Part shown: positions 1-9,847 of the stretch, piece by piece
Layout of the letters: the number at the start of each line of letters is the position of its first letter
How positions within the stretch are numbered: position 1 is the stretch's first letter
Program-made: the position numbers and the translations under genes
The notes under the pieces: generated by a model
Seen by the model: the letters and a program-made list of their open reading frames with translations, nothing else
Told to the model about the DNA's origin: nothing
Databases searched by the model: none
Origin: Minisyncoccota bacterium
Lineage (GTDB): Bacteria > Patescibacteriota > Minisyncoccia > Phycocordibacterales > UBA2100
Assembly: GCA_035500505.1 (NCBI GenBank)
Contig: DATJXE010000004.1
Coordinates: 50,230 to 114,229, forward strand
Length of the DNA stretch: 64,000 nucleotides
Reading direction: 5' to 3'

Positions 1-261
1 ATTGCGGAATTAAAGGCACGCATTGATAAGACCATCGCGTACTTGAAGACCATCAAGCCCGAGCAGGTCATCGGCCAGGAGGGCCGCGAGGTCTCACTCC
101 CCTTCTGGGAGGGCAAAAAGGCAGACGCGTTCGGATACGTCACCGAATACCTCATCCCCAACTTCTACTTCCACGTCACGACCGCCTACTCCATCCTCCG
201 CACCAACGGCGTTCAGATCGGCAAGGACGATTACATCGGCGGATTGCCGTTCAAAGAATAA
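1..261 (+). CDS. 3' end of a DUF1993-like helical-bundle protein (partial, runs in from upstream)
   Basis: Open frame from nt 1. The C-terminal motif FYFHVTTAYSILRTNGVQIGKDDYIGG is typical of the DUF1993 family. Confidence 0.45.
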   Translation: MAELKARIDKTIAYLKTIKPEQVIGQEGREVSLPFWEGKKADAFGYVTEYLIPNFYFHVTTAYSILRTNGVQIGKDDYIGGLPFKE

Positions 262-279
262 TTTCGGGAGTGCGGTAGA

Positions 280-1677
280 ATGCGAGATATGGCGTCTCTC
301 AAAAAGACGATGTTCCGTGAGTATGACATCCGCGGGCGCGAGTCCGAGGATGAACTCAACGAGACATCCGTCTACCATATCGCCCGAGGATTTGCCGCAA
401 TGCTGAGGGGAAAGAACATAACCAAGGCAGTGGTCGGACACGACGCTCGAGCGACATCCGATCATTTTCATGCGCGAGTCGTCGCGGCCCTGCGAGAGTC
501 GGGTGTCGACGTAGTAGACATCGGAACCGTCACGACCCCGATGAGCTACTGGGCGCAATTCCATTTCAAGGTGGATGGCCTGGTCATGGTGACCGCGAGC
601 CACAATCCGGCTGGTTGGAACGGGGTGAAGCTCGGTACCGGGCTTGCAAAAACGTTGCTTGCGGAAGAAGTTAAGACTCTCTACTCCATTATCGAACGAG
701 AAGAATACGTAACCGGGACCGGCGAGTACACGAAAGAGGATATCGCGGAGCTGTACATGAACGACCTCCTCTCCCGCGTCACCATCGGAAAGAAGTTCAA
801 GCTGCTAGTCAACACCGGGAATGGGACCGCCGGGTTATTCGCGCCAACGCTCCTGCGAAAAACCGGAAGCGAGGTGATAGAACGGTATACCGACGTCGAC
901 CCTTCTTATCCTCACTACACGGCTAACCCCGACGGCACCGGGATGATGAGTGACACGGGGGCGCAGGCGAAGGCTCATGGCTGCGATCTGGGAATAGCAT
1001 TCGACGGCGACGGCGACCGCATGGGCATCACCGACGAAACAGGAGCTACCATTTGGCCCGATCGCTACCTCATCCTTCTCTCGCGTCTCGTGCTCAAGAA
1101 GCAACCCGGATCCACTATCGTGTTTGACGTCAAGGTCTCCGAAGCGCTCCCCGAAGATATCGCGGCGCACGGTGGAATTCCGATCATGTGCAGGACGGGC
1201 CACTCATACATCAAAGCGAAATTGGCCGAAGAAAAAGCTGCGCTCGCTGGGGAAATGAGCGGCCATATCTTTTTCGCCCAAGATTTCTATGGCTTCGATG
1301 ATGCCTTTTTCGCTGCATTGAAGCTTCTCGAATACCTCTCGTCGCAGGACAAACCTCTTTCGCAGATAATCTCCGACACGCCGTCCTACGTCTCGACCCC
1401 AACGATCCAGGTGAAAAGTTCAGATGAAAAGAAATACGTCATTGTCGAAAAGCTCACCGAGGAGTTCAAGAACGAAGGGTACCATGTCGTCGATATCAAC
1501 GGTGCACGCGTATACTTCAGCGACGGCTGGGGGTTGGTGCGTGCCTCTTCGAATACACCAACCCTGGTGCTCCGATTCGAATCCAAGACCCAAGAAGGTC
1601 TCGACAAAATCCGATCTGTTTTCCACGCAAAACTCGACGCGCTTGGCCTCACGGAGTGGGATTCATCCGGTCATTAG
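280..1677 (+). CDS. phosphomannomutase/phosphoglucomutase (alpha-D-phosphohexomutase)
   Basis: 465 aa. It has the catalytic TASHNPAGWNG(V)K motif and a DGDGDR metal-binding loop. A GGGAG lies ~10 nt upstream. Confidence 0.85.
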   Translation: MRDMASLKKTMFREYDIRGRESEDELNETSVYHIARGFAAMLRGKNITKAVVGHDARATSDHFHARVVAALRESGVDVVDIGTVTTPMSYWAQFHFKVDGLVMVTASHNPAGWNGVKLGTGLAKTLLAEEVKTLYSIIEREEYVTGTGEYTKEDIAELYMNDLLSRVTIGKKFKLLVNTGNGTAGLFAPTLLRKTGSEVIERYTDVDPSYPHYTANPDGTGMMSDTGAQAKAHGCDLGIAFDGDGDRMGITDETGATIWPDRYLILLSRLVLKKQPGSTIVFDVKVSEALPEDIAAHGGIPIMCRTGHSYIKAKLAEEKAALAGEMSGHIFFAQDFYGFDDAFFAALKLLEYLSSQDKPLSQIISDTPSYVSTPTIQVKSSDEKKYVIVEKLTEEFKNEGYHVVDINGARVYFSDGWGLVRASSNTPTLVLRFESKTQEGLDKIRSVFHAKLDALGLTEWDSSGH

Positions 1678-1701
1678 CAAGATGTGGTACACTTCCCCCT
1701 C

Positions 1702-2463
1702 ATGAACGCGCTCTCGATAAAGAACCTCACCAAGACCTACGGCAACGGCGTACAGGCGCTCAAAGGCGTCTCGCTTGAGATCCCCGAAGGCGACTTTTTT
1801 GCGTTGCTCGGCCCCAACGGCGCCGGCAAGACGACCATCATCGGCATCACCGCCGGATTGGTGAATAAAACAAGCGGCACCGTCGAGGTCTTCGGCCACG
1901 ATATCGACAAGGAAACAGAGGTGGCCAAGACCTTCATCGGCCTCGTCGGTCAGGAGATAAATTTCAACCCGTTCGAGCGCATCCTCGATACGGTCGTCAA
2001 CCAGGGCGGTTACTACGGCATCCCGCGTTCCGAGGCGCTACCGCGCGCCAAGCAGCTCCTCACCGACCTCGGGCTTGGCGACAAAATGGAAGGCAGTGGT
2101 ATGGAGCTCTCCGGCGGCATGAAGCGCCGCCTCATGATCGCCCGCGCGCTCATTCACCAGCCCAAATTCCTCATCCTCGACGAACCGACCGCCGGCGTCG
2201 ACGTCGAGCTTCGCCGCGGCATGTGGGATTACTTGAAAAAGCTCACCTCCAAAGGCCTCACCATCCTTCTCACCACGCATTACCTCGAAGAAGCCGAGCA
2301 GCTCGCCAAACATGTGGCCATCATCAACAAAGGACAGATCATCGTGAACGACACCATCGACAAGGTGCTTGCCATGCACACCGATACTGGCGAAGCGAAA
2401 GCGGGGTACCGCGGCAGCAAACTTGAGGAGATATTCCTCGAGCTCATCCGCGAAAATAAATAG
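1702..2463 (+). CDS. ABC-2 type transporter ATP-binding protein
   Basis: Walker A GPNGAGKTT, signature LSGGMKRRLMIARAL and Walker B ILDEPTAGVD. The track ORF starts at GTG 1684; ATG 1702 (MNALSIKNL) is the likelier start. Confidence 0.85.
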   Translation: MNALSIKNLTKTYGNGVQALKGVSLEIPEGDFFALLGPNGAGKTTIIGITAGLVNKTSGTVEVFGHDIDKETEVAKTFIGLVGQEINFNPFERILDTVVNQGGYYGIPRSEALPRAKQLLTDLGLGDKMEGSGMELSGGMKRRLMIARALIHQPKFLILDEPTAGVDVELRRGMWDYLKKLTSKGLTILLTTHYLEEAEQLAKHVAIINKGQIIVNDTIDKVLAMHTDTGEAKAGYRGSKLEEIFLELIRENK

Positions 2464-2464
2464 T

Positions 2465-3247
2465 ATGGATACCTATCACAAGTGGATCGCCTTTTATACG
2501 ATGATGCGCAAGGACGTCGTGCGCATATTCCGCATCTGGGTGCAGACATTCTTGCCGAGCGTCATCACCTCGTGCCTCTACTTCCTCATATTCGGCACCG
2601 TATTGGGAAGCCGCATCGGCACTATGGAAGGCGTGCCATACATGCAATTCGTCATTCCCGGCCTCGTCATGATGGCCATCCTCACCAACGCCTATGCGAA
2701 TTCCTCATTCACCTTCTTCCAATCCAAATTCTTCGCGCGCTCCATCGATGAACTCCTCGTCTCGCCGATGCCGCCGTGGCTCATCATTTCCGGATTCGTT
2801 TCGGGCGGCGTCATTCGCGGTGTCTTGGTGGGTGCCATCGTACTCATCGTCTCGATATTCTTCACCGGGTTGCACCTCACGATCGCCAACCTCGCCATCA
2901 TTCTTTTCTTCGCCGTCCTCACGTCGGTCGTCTTCGCGCTCGCAGGGCTCATCAACGGCGTGTACGCCAAATCGATCGACGCCATCAACATCGTGCCGAC
3001 CTTCGTCCTCACGCCGCTCACCTATCTCGGCGGTATTTTCTACTCGGTACACACGCTCCCGCAGTGGGCGCAATACGTGACCTATGTGAACCCCATCTTC
3101 TACCTCATCAACGGCTTCCGGTACGGATTCCTGGGCTTCGCCGACATTTCCGTTTGGACCTGCGTCGGCGTTCTCTCCGGGCTCATCATCGTCCTCGTCG
3201 GCATCAATTTGTATCTCATCCGCACGGGGTTGGGCTTGAAACAATAG
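2465..3247 (+). CDS. ABC-2 family transporter permease
   Basis: ATG lies 1 nt after the ATPase stop. It has six predicted TM helices with an ABC-2 permease-like profile and is co-oriented with the ATPase. Confidence 0.75.
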   Translation: MDTYHKWIAFYTMMRKDVVRIFRIWVQTFLPSVITSCLYFLIFGTVLGSRIGTMEGVPYMQFVIPGLVMMAILTNAYANSSFTFFQSKFFARSIDELLVSPMPPWLIISGFVSGGVIRGVLVGAIVLIVSIFFTGLHLTIANLAIILFFAVLTSVVFALAGLINGVYAKSIDAINIVPTFVLTPLTYLGGIFYSVHTLPQWAQYVTYVNPIFYLINGFRYGFLGFADISVWTCVGVLSGLIIVLVGINLYLIRTGLGLKQ

Positions 3248-4639
3248 TTAGCCGCGAGCGATTCTTTCCGCAAGGCCGAGGTAGTTTTCTGGTCGGAGCG
3301 CCTTGAGGCGCTTTTTTAGTTTGGCGTCGATATCGAGACCGTCGATGAATTCGGCGAAGTCTTTAAGCGTAACCTGTCGGCCGCGTGATAATTCTTTCAG
3401 CTTCTCATATGGCAAGGCGACGCCTTGACGTCGTAGGACGGTTTGGATGGCTTCGGCCAAGACTTCCGGGTGCGCACGCAGCGCTTGGAGCATTGCGCCT
3501 TTGTTGACGCTTATCTTTCCAAAGCCTTTCACGAGTGAGCGGTAGGCGATAAGCGAGTGCGCGAAAGCGGTGCCAAAGACGCGCTCGACGGTCGAATCGG
3601 AAAGGTCGCGCTGCAGGCGCGAGATGGGCAGCTTGCGCGAGAAATGCTCGAACAAGGCGTTTGCAACGCCCAAGTTCCCCTCCGCGTTCTCGAAATCTAT
3701 CGGATTCACCTTGTGCGGCATCGTCGAAGAGCCGGTCTCGCCTTTTTTTGCCTTTTGCGTGAGCCAGCCGTCGGAGATGTAGCGCCATAAGTCCTGCGAG
3801 AGATCGATGAGGATGGTGTTGATGCGACGCATGTAGTCAAAATATTCTGCATACGTATCGTGCAGCTCTATTTGCGTCGTGAACTCATTGAGCTCGATGC
3901 ACATGTAGTGCTTCTTCCCCTTCCCTTCCAGATTGAAACTCTCGATGAATTTCTTGGAGAACGCGGGCCAATTCACATCGGGCGCTGCAACGACGTGCGC
4001 ATTGTAATTCCCTGTCGCGCCGCCCCACTTCACCAAAACTTTGCCGTGTTTGAAAACATCCACCTGGTTCTGCAATCGTTTCAAAAATACTCGCATTTCC
4101 TTGCCGAAGGTCGTCGGTGAGGCGCTCTGGCCGTGGGTGCGTGCGAGCATCGGCGTTTTGGCGTGCGTTTTCGCGAGACCTTCCAACTCTTTTGCGATAT
4201 CCCACATCGGGCCGCCCAAAAATCCTTTCTCGAAGAAATCCCGGAGCATCAAGCCATATGCGACACTGTTTACGTCTTCGGAGGTAATCGCAAAGTGGAC
4301 CGACTCTGAAACGTCTTCGAGCGACGTCCCCTGCAGTTTTTGTTTTATAAAATATTCGATCGCCTTTACGTCGTGGTTCGTATCCTTTTCGATCTCTTTT
4401 ATCGATCGGGCATCTTCGAGTGAGAGCTTGGAAAGTTTCTTTAACAATTTCTGTTCCTTGTCGGTAAGTCTCCGAACGCCCGTCTTCGGCGTTTTCGAAA
4501 GCGCGAGCAAGTACTCACATTCAACGAGAATGCGGTACTTTATGAAGGCAAACTCGCTGAAATACTCGGCGACCGGACCGGTTATTTCGCGATATCGCCC
4601 GTCTATAGAGCTTACTGCTGTCAGTGGTTCAAGCGGCAT
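3248..4639 (-). CDS. purB: adenylosuccinate lyase
   Basis: 463 aa. Fumarate-lyase superfamily with the ASL-specific N-terminus (SSIDGRYREITGP) and the GSSTMPHKVNPIDFEN signature. Confidence 0.9.
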   Translation of the reverse strand: MPLEPLTAVSSIDGRYREITGPVAEYFSEFAFIKYRILVECEYLLALSKTPKTGVRRLTDKEQKLLKKLSKLSLEDARSIKEIEKDTNHDVKAIEYFIKQKLQGTSLEDVSESVHFAITSEDVNSVAYGLMLRDFFEKGFLGGPMWDIAKELEGLAKTHAKTPMLARTHGQSASPTTFGKEMRVFLKRLQNQVDVFKHGKVLVKWGGATGNYNAHVVAAPDVNWPAFSKKFIESFNLEGKGKKHYMCIELNEFTTQIELHDTYAEYFDYMRRINTILIDLSQDLWRYISDGWLTQKAKKGETGSSTMPHKVNPIDFENAEGNLGVANALFEHFSRKLPISRLQRDLSDSTVERVFGTAFAHSLIAYRSLVKGFGKISVNKGAMLQALRAHPEVLAEAIQTVLRRQGVALPYEKLKELSRGRQVTLKDFAEFIDGLDIDAKLKKRLKALRPENYLGLAERIARG

Positions 4640-5567
4640 ACGCCTTCAGATTCCGCTCAATACGGGCCAAAATCGGCTCTTTCCCAGGCTTGAACGTCGA
4701 CCCCGTGATCTGCTCATACATGCGTATATACCGCTTTGAGAGCTCTTCCACAAGCTCCGGCGGGGCTTCCGGCAGTTTCTCATCTTTGTATGGATCGCTA
4801 TGCTCTTTGAACCACAAGCGCAAGAATTCCTTGTCGAAATACTCCGGCTCCTCACCTTGTGCGAACCTCCCTTCGTACGAATCGAGCTGCCAGTAGCGCG
4901 AGGAATCCGGCGTGTGGATCTCATCTATCAGAATGATGTCGTCGCTGCCGTTGAGCGTGCCGAACTCGTACTTCGTGTCCACCAGGATGAGTCCTTGCTC
5001 GCGCGCGATCTTGGCCCCGCGCTCGTAGAGCGCAAGCGCCGCGCTTTCTATCGCATCTATCGTTTTACGCGGCAGAATTCCCTCGTTGACGATCTCCTGC
5101 GGTGAGAGTGTGCGATCGTGCGCGTCGGATTTAGTCGAAGGTGTGAAAACTGGACGTAAAAGCTGTTGGTTCTTTTTCATCCCGTCGGGCAATTTGAAAT
5201 TGCCGAAGTCACGCTTCCCCTTTTGATAGTGCGTCCACAGCGACGTGTCGGTGACACCCGTCATGTACCCGCGCACGACGGCTTCGACGGGGAGCGGCTT
5301 GCATTTCTTCCCCGCCGTTACGTTGGGATCGGGAATCGCGAGCACGTGATTGGGCACGATATCTTTCGTCTCTTCGAACCAAAACGCGCTTATCTCATTC
5401 AGCACCTGGCCCTTGTGCGGAATGTGCGCGATGAGACGGTCAAAAGATGAATGCCGGTCGGTCGTTATCAGAATGAGCCTTCCGTCCTGTTCATACACAT
5501 CCCGCACCTTGCCCGTAAACTTCCGGCCAAGATTCTTGAAATTCGTTTCTTTGAGGAGCTCTGTCAT
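4629..5567 (-). CDS. purC: phosphoribosylaminoimidazole-succinocarboxamide synthase (SAICAR synthetase)
   Basis: Start MTELLKETNF. The long bacterial/eukaryote-type PurC body is present (GKVRDVYE...LILVDTKYEFG). It overlaps the purB start by 11 nt. Confidence 0.9.
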   Translation of the reverse strand: MTELLKETNFKNLGRKFTGKVRDVYEQDGRLILITTDRHSSFDRLIAHIPHKGQVLNEISAFWFEETKDIVPNHVLAIPDPNVTAGKKCKPLPVEAVVRGYMTGVTDTSLWTHYQKGKRDFGNFKLPDGMKKNQQLLRPVFTPSTKSDAHDRTLSPQEIVNEGILPRKTIDAIESAALALYERGAKIAREQGLILVDTKYEFGTLNGSDDIILIDEIHTPDSSRYWQLDSYEGRFAQGEEPEYFDKEFLRLWFKEHSDPYKDEKLPEAPPELVEELSKRYIRMYEQITGSTFKPGKEPILARIERNLKAYAA

Positions 5568-5568
5568 A

Positions 5569-6690
5569 TCATTCGCCCGGCGGTGGAAGGGTGATTTTTT
5601 CCGGTTCGAAAATAACCTGCCGCTCGCCTTCTTCCACGCGACCGACTTCAAGCACATCGTATCCGGCTTTCTTACCCGCAGCGAGAACACGTTCGACATC
5701 GGGCGCGGCGACGAATGCATAGTAACCGATGCCCCAATTGAACGTTTTGAGGCAATCCTCGAGCGACACCCCGATCGATTGCATGAATTGGAACAGCGGC
5801 GGCACTGCAGTCCACGTATGAACGCGATAGGTCGCCGGCCGGCTGTCGAATGCAATCTTCGCAACGCCACTTCCGGTCCCGGGCAACAGTGCGTGTATAT
5901 CTACCTTTGCTTCGAGAAGCGCTTCGACAAATCCGACGTATGAGCGCGTTGGAATAAGTGTTTCTTCACCGAGTGTATTTCCATTCGGTAATTTGGTCAT
6001 GAATTTGTCTGGCAACTCAAGCGCCTTCTTAATGATGAGCGAGATGCCATTGGCATGTATACCGGAAGAAGTAACGCCGATGATCGCGTCACCCGGCGCA
6101 AGTTTTGTGCCGGTAATGAGGCGGCTTGTCGGCGCGATTATCGCGGTAACACAGCCGGAAAGCGATGGCGCGCTTTTGACTGGCGGTTCGGCTTTGACGA
6201 GATATTTGAGCGCCGGGGACTCTCCTGCAGGCAGTGCCATCCCGGCTTCCTCGCACACTTTCAGAAATCCTGTGGCGAGATCTTTTGCGCGTTTTTCGTC
6301 GGCGAACCATTCCGAATCCCCCGCGGCGACTTCGTCGGTGTAAACGACCGGCATCGCCCCTTGCGCGATAACGTCGTTGACCGCCATCAGCGCTGCGTCG
6401 ATGCCGATACCGCCGTAATATGTTTTACCCGTTCCCGCATACTGGTACATCCATTCCGCGATCCAATTCTTATTGCCTAGGCCCTCTTGCGTGTTGCACC
6501 AGAGATGCTTTTCTGCACCGCGATACTCGAACACGCCGCCATGTGAATGAAGAACATCGCTGTTTATGTATACGCCGCGTTTGTTGGGAAAGGTTATCGT
6601 CTTCTTCCCCGCTTCGATCATCGCGTGCTTGAAAGGTTCGATTTTCGTGTAATCAACCCCCGCTTTTGCATACGCGCTTTGCTTACTCAT
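5569..6690 (-). CDS. purM: phosphoribosylformylglycinamidine cyclo-ligase (AIR synthetase)
   Basis: 373 aa PurM-like AIR synthase related protein (N-term YAKAGVDY..., C-terminal AIRS_C fold). Its stop lies 1 nt before the purC ATG. Confidence 0.8.
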   Translation of the reverse strand: MSKQSAYAKAGVDYTKIEPFKHAMIEAGKKTITFPNKRGVYINSDVLHSHGGVFEYRGAEKHLWCNTQEGLGNKNWIAEWMYQYAGTGKTYYGGIGIDAALMAVNDVIAQGAMPVVYTDEVAAGDSEWFADEKRAKDLATGFLKVCEEAGMALPAGESPALKYLVKAEPPVKSAPSLSGCVTAIIAPTSRLITGTKLAPGDAIIGVTSSGIHANGISLIIKKALELPDKFMTKLPNGNTLGEETLIPTRSYVGFVEALLEAKVDIHALLPGTGSGVAKIAFDSRPATYRVHTWTAVPPLFQFMQSIGVSLEDCLKTFNWGIGYYAFVAAPDVERVLAAGKKAGYDVLEVGRVEEGERQVIFEPEKITLPPPGE

Positions 6691-7198
6691 GGCCTTTCAG
6701 ATATTTCTCATATCCCATTCCCTCAAGTTCCTTCGCCTTCGCCAGAACTTCCGACTCCATCTTTGATTTATAGTCCGCGACTTTCTTCTGCACCTTTTCG
6801 TCGGAAGTTCCGATGATCTCCGCCGCGAGAATGCCGGCATTCTTTGCGCCATTTACAGCAACGGTCGCAACGGGCACGCCCGGCGGCATCTGCGCGATCG
6901 AAAGCAGCGAGTCGATACCTTTCATTGTTTTGGTCATGACGGGCACCCCGATGACCGGAAGCGGCGTGTAGGCCGCGAGCATGCCCGGTAAATGCGCGGC
7001 ACCTCCTGCGCCCGCGATGATGACCTTGACGCTGCGCCCTGCGGCAGTTTTTGCATACTCAACTAGCCTATCCGGTGTGCGATGCGCGGAAACTATCGTT
7101 ACTTCGCTCGTGATACCGAATTCTTCCAAAATCTTCGCTGCATCCTGCATTACGGAGAGATCCGAATCCGAGCCCATCACGATGCCGACTTGTGTCAT
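6683..7198 (-). CDS. purE: N5-carboxyaminoimidazole ribonucleotide mutase
   Basis: 171 aa with [10 protein letters not shown]...[13 protein letters not shown] motifs. It overlaps the purM start. Confidence 0.9.
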   Translation of the reverse strand: MTQVGIVMGSDSDLSVMQDAAKILEEFGITSEVTIVSAHRTPDRLVEYAKTAAGRSVKVIIAGAGGAAHLPGMLAAYTPLPVIGVPVMTKTMKGIDSLLSIAQMPPGVPVATVAVNGAKNAGILAAEIIGTSDEKVQKKVADYKSKMESEVLAKAKELEGMGYEKYLKGHE

Positions 7199-8286
7199 AT
7201 TGAAATTAGTGCACGTGCTTTTTCCGCTTTTTCTTTTGCTTCCTCGAGCGTATCCGCAACAGCCGTCAGATGCCCCATTTTGCGCTCCGGGCGAGTTTCC
7301 ATCTTACCGTAGATATGGACTTTTACACCTTCTATCTTTTCCGCCTCTTCGACTCCTCTCGGCTCGGCTGTGCCGCTCCTTTCGCCCAAGATATTTATCA
7401 TGACTGCCGCCGGAACCTTCATCGAACTGTTCCCCAGCGGCATGCCGCTTATCGCACGGATGTGCTGCTCGAATTGGGAGGCGTGGCAGGCTTCGATGGT
7501 GAAATGCCCGCTGTTGTGCACGCGCGGAGCGACTTCGTTGACCAAGACTTCTCCATTTGCGAGGAACATTTCGATGGCGAAAACACCGGCGCCATCGAAC
7601 GAGGCGAGAACTTTCTGCGCGAGATCGTGCGCCTTCTGTGCAACTTCTTTCGACACGGGGGCGGGGGCGAGAACCATGTGGCAGATGTGGTTCTTGTGCA
7701 TCGTTTCGACGAGCGGAAATATCTGCATCTCCCCTTTTGCGGTGCGTGCGGCAACAATTGCAAGTTCTTTCTCGAACGGAACAACGCGCTCGGCGTATGC
7801 CGGGGCGCCCTTCAATTTTTCCTGCGCAGCCTGCAAAGCTTCGGCTTTCTCAACAAGTGCGTTGCCGCGGCCGTCGAACCCACCGGAGCGGGCTTTGAGA
7901 ATATATGGATAGCCGAAATGCTCGACATCGTCCGAAAACTCCGCAACGGGAATGCCGTGCTCTTGTAAAAATCGCTTTTGTGTCAATTTGTCCTTGATGA
8001 TGCCGAGCGTTTTTGGCGAAGGATTGACGGGCATTTTTGTTGAAAGTTCTTCCAGCACGTCGGCGTTCACCGATTCTATTTCGTAGGTAAGGAAGTCGGA
8101 CTTCTCCGCGAGCGCTCGGAGCATCGCGCCGTCTTTATAATCGCCGACTATCTGCTCGTCGGCGACCTGGCCAGCCGGCGAACCCGGGGTCGGGTCCAAT
8201 ACGACGATCTTGAACCCGAGCACGTGCGCCGCCTCTGCGAGCATCCTGCCGAGCTGCCCCCCGCCAGCGATGCCGATGGTTTTCAT
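7195..8286 (-). CDS. purK: N5-carboxyaminoimidazole ribonucleotide synthase (ATP-grasp)
   Basis: 363 aa. N-terminus [15 protein letters not shown] plus an ATP-grasp body. It overlaps purE by 4 nt. Confidence 0.85.
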   Translation of the reverse strand: MKTIGIAGGGQLGRMLAEAAHVLGFKIVVLDPTPGSPAGQVADEQIVGDYKDGAMLRALAEKSDFLTYEIESVNADVLEELSTKMPVNPSPKTLGIIKDKLTQKRFLQEHGIPVAEFSDDVEHFGYPYILKARSGGFDGRGNALVEKAEALQAAQEKLKGAPAYAERVVPFEKELAIVAARTAKGEMQIFPLVETMHKNHICHMVLAPAPVSKEVAQKAHDLAQKVLASFDGAGVFAIEMFLANGEVLVNEVAPRVHNSGHFTIEACHASQFEQHIRAISGMPLGNSSMKVPAAVMINILGERSGTAEPRGVEEAEKIEGVKVHIYGKMETRPERKMGHLTAVADTLEEAKEKAEKARALISI

Positions 8287-8831
8287 AGGTTCGCCAACAC
8301 GAACTCTACTCGTTCAGGTATTGGCAGAACGGGAACATCGACAATGGTGTGCCCGAGCTCTTCGTACGCGCGCCGAATTTCATTATGGATGTGGCGCGCT
8401 TCCTCGGGCGTTTCGAACCGCGCCGTATCGTTGGCATACTCCAACATTTCGAGCAAAAACACTTTGCGATACTTCGTTGTTTCCAAGATCCTCCTGAACT
8501 CCTCATCGATCGGGAGGTTGGTGAACCGAAAGTACGCCACGTTGTCGGGGATGCCGCGATCGAAGAACGTCACCTTGTCTTTCGCAACATTCCCCTCAAG
8601 CTCAATGTGCCGCTGCAAAATATCGTGCTCGAACTTGTTGATATCCTTTCGCATCTCGGGGATGGTCTTGCCGAGCGCGAGCTGCTCCTCGATGAACATA
8701 CGCGCCGCTTCCGGCAATACCGCATGGCCGAGCTTTTCGAGCTCAAAAACGAGCGTCGTCTTGCCCGCGCACGGGCCGCCGGTGAGCACATACCACGGGG
8801 GCGTTTTCATGGGAGCTATCATATAAAACAT
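8283..8831 (-). CDS. P-loop NTPase, AAA_28/NadR-kinase-like, embedded in the pur operon
   Basis: Walker A GGPCAGKTT, 176-182 aa. It overlaps the purK start by 4 nt. The start could be at 8831, 8822 or 8810. Confidence 0.55.
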   Translation of the reverse strand: MFYMIAPMKTPPWYVLTGGPCAGKTTLVFELEKLGHAVLPEAARMFIEEQLALGKTIPEMRKDINKFEHDILQRHIELEGNVAKDKVTFFDRGIPDNVAYFRFTNLPIDEEFRRILETTKYRKVFLLEMLEYANDTARFETPEEARHIHNEIRRAYEELGHTIVDVPVLPIPERVEFVLANL

Positions 8832-8873
8832 TCAGGAGCTCCGCGAGGAACTCCTGCAACATTCGTTTGTGCG

Positions 8874-9035
8874 TTATTTGTCATGCCAGTCCTGGTCATG
8901 ATCGCCGGTACGACCCTGTGGTCGTGCGAGAGACATGAGCGCCAAATGGATCTCGGTTGAGGACAACCCCCGTTCACCTTGACGTTCTTCTCCGTTATCG
9001 TTCGCAGCGACTGTTTTCGTGCGTTCCTTTGTCAT
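8874..9035 (-). CDS. small charged hypothetical protein (53 aa)
   Basis: ATG is preceded by a GGAGGAG Shine-Dalgarno ~9 nt upstream and sits between purQ and the NTPase. No recognizable domain. The longer track ORF 8874..9179 overlaps the purQ 3' end and was trimmed. Confidence 0.2.
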   Translation of the reverse strand: MTKERTKTVAANDNGEERQGERGLSSTEIHLALMSLARPQGRTGDHDQDWHDK

Positions 9036-9076
9036 GGCGTCCCTCTCCTCCGAGAAACGATTCGTTCGGCTGAAAG

Positions 9077-9847
9077 CTACTGGAAGTATCTTACCGCATT
9101 TCGGAACACTTGGAGACCGGGCCCGTCCTTCGGCATCGGGACGCCGTCGCGCAAGTAACGTTCCTTGAGATACGTCCAATGCGGCAGCTGCGTGAAGCGC
9201 ACCGCGCGCTCCGGGTGCGGCATGAGGCCCAAAACTCGGCCGCCATAGGCAGTGACGCCGGCGATGTCTTCGAGCGCACCGTTAGGGTTGGCGGGAAGAT
9301 CAAAATACTTCGACATCTCGCCTTCGACGTAGCGCACCGCGATGGCGTTCTCTTTTTTCAGCGCGGCGAGTGCCTCTTTCGTAGCGTAGTACTTCCCTTC
9401 GCCATGCGCGATTGGCAACGACAGCCTTCTTACTCCGGAGAGCCATGGGCTCGCGCCAGTTACTTCGAGGTCGACCCAGCGCGTGAGGTAGCGTGGAGAC
9501 TCGTTGGCAAGGAGCGCGCCGGGCAGTATCTCCGCGCTCGTGAGTATCTGGAACCCGTTGCACATGCCGATCGCAAGCGTGTCGCGTTCGAAGAATTTCT
9601 TGAGCTGGGTGCCGAGGTGCTCCTTGAGGCGATTGCCGTAGGCTTTGCCCGATCCGGTGTCGTCGCCAAAAGAGAACCCGCCGGGGAATGCGAGTATCTG
9701 CGCCTCCTTGAGCGCGGCGGGGTGCGCGATCAGGTCGTTGATGTGAATGATGTCGGCGGAAGCCCCCGCGAGCTCGAACGCGGCCTTGGTCTCCGTTTCG
9801 CAGTTGAGTCCGTAGCCCGAAAAAACGATGACGTGCGGTTTTTTCAT
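9077..9847 (-). CDS. purQ: phosphoribosylformylglycinamidine synthase I (glutaminase subunit)
   Basis: Class-I glutamine amidotransferase (GMCNGFQIL nucleophile elbow, HPE). Its ATG overlaps the purL stop (ATGA). Confidence 0.9.
   Translation of the reverse strand: MKKPHVIVFSGYGLNCETETKAAFELAGASADIIHINDLIAHPAALKEAQILAFPGGFSFGDDTGSGKAYGNRLKEHLGTQLKKFFERDTLAIGMCNGFQILTSAEILPGALLANESPRYLTRWVDLEVTGASPWLSGVRRLSLPIAHGEGKYYATKEALAALKKENAIAVRYVEGEMSKYFDLPANPNGALEDIAGVTAYGGRVLGLMPHPERAVRFTQLPHWTYLKERYLRDGVPMPKDGPGLQVFRNAVRYFQ

Noticed and set aside
3413-3430. 18-nt exact match to the RAYT-associated REP arm (CGTCAAGGCGTCGCCTTG) inside purB
   Set aside because: It lies within a conserved coding segment (RQGVAL) of an intact purB. 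Chance or codon-driven convergence cannot be excluded from two sequences. It is not counted as a REP copy.
8874-9179. 101-aa ORF from the track
   Set aside because: Its 5' half overlaps the purQ 3' end in another frame. Only the distal 53 codons (with a GGAGGAG RBS) were kept, as a low-confidence small gene.
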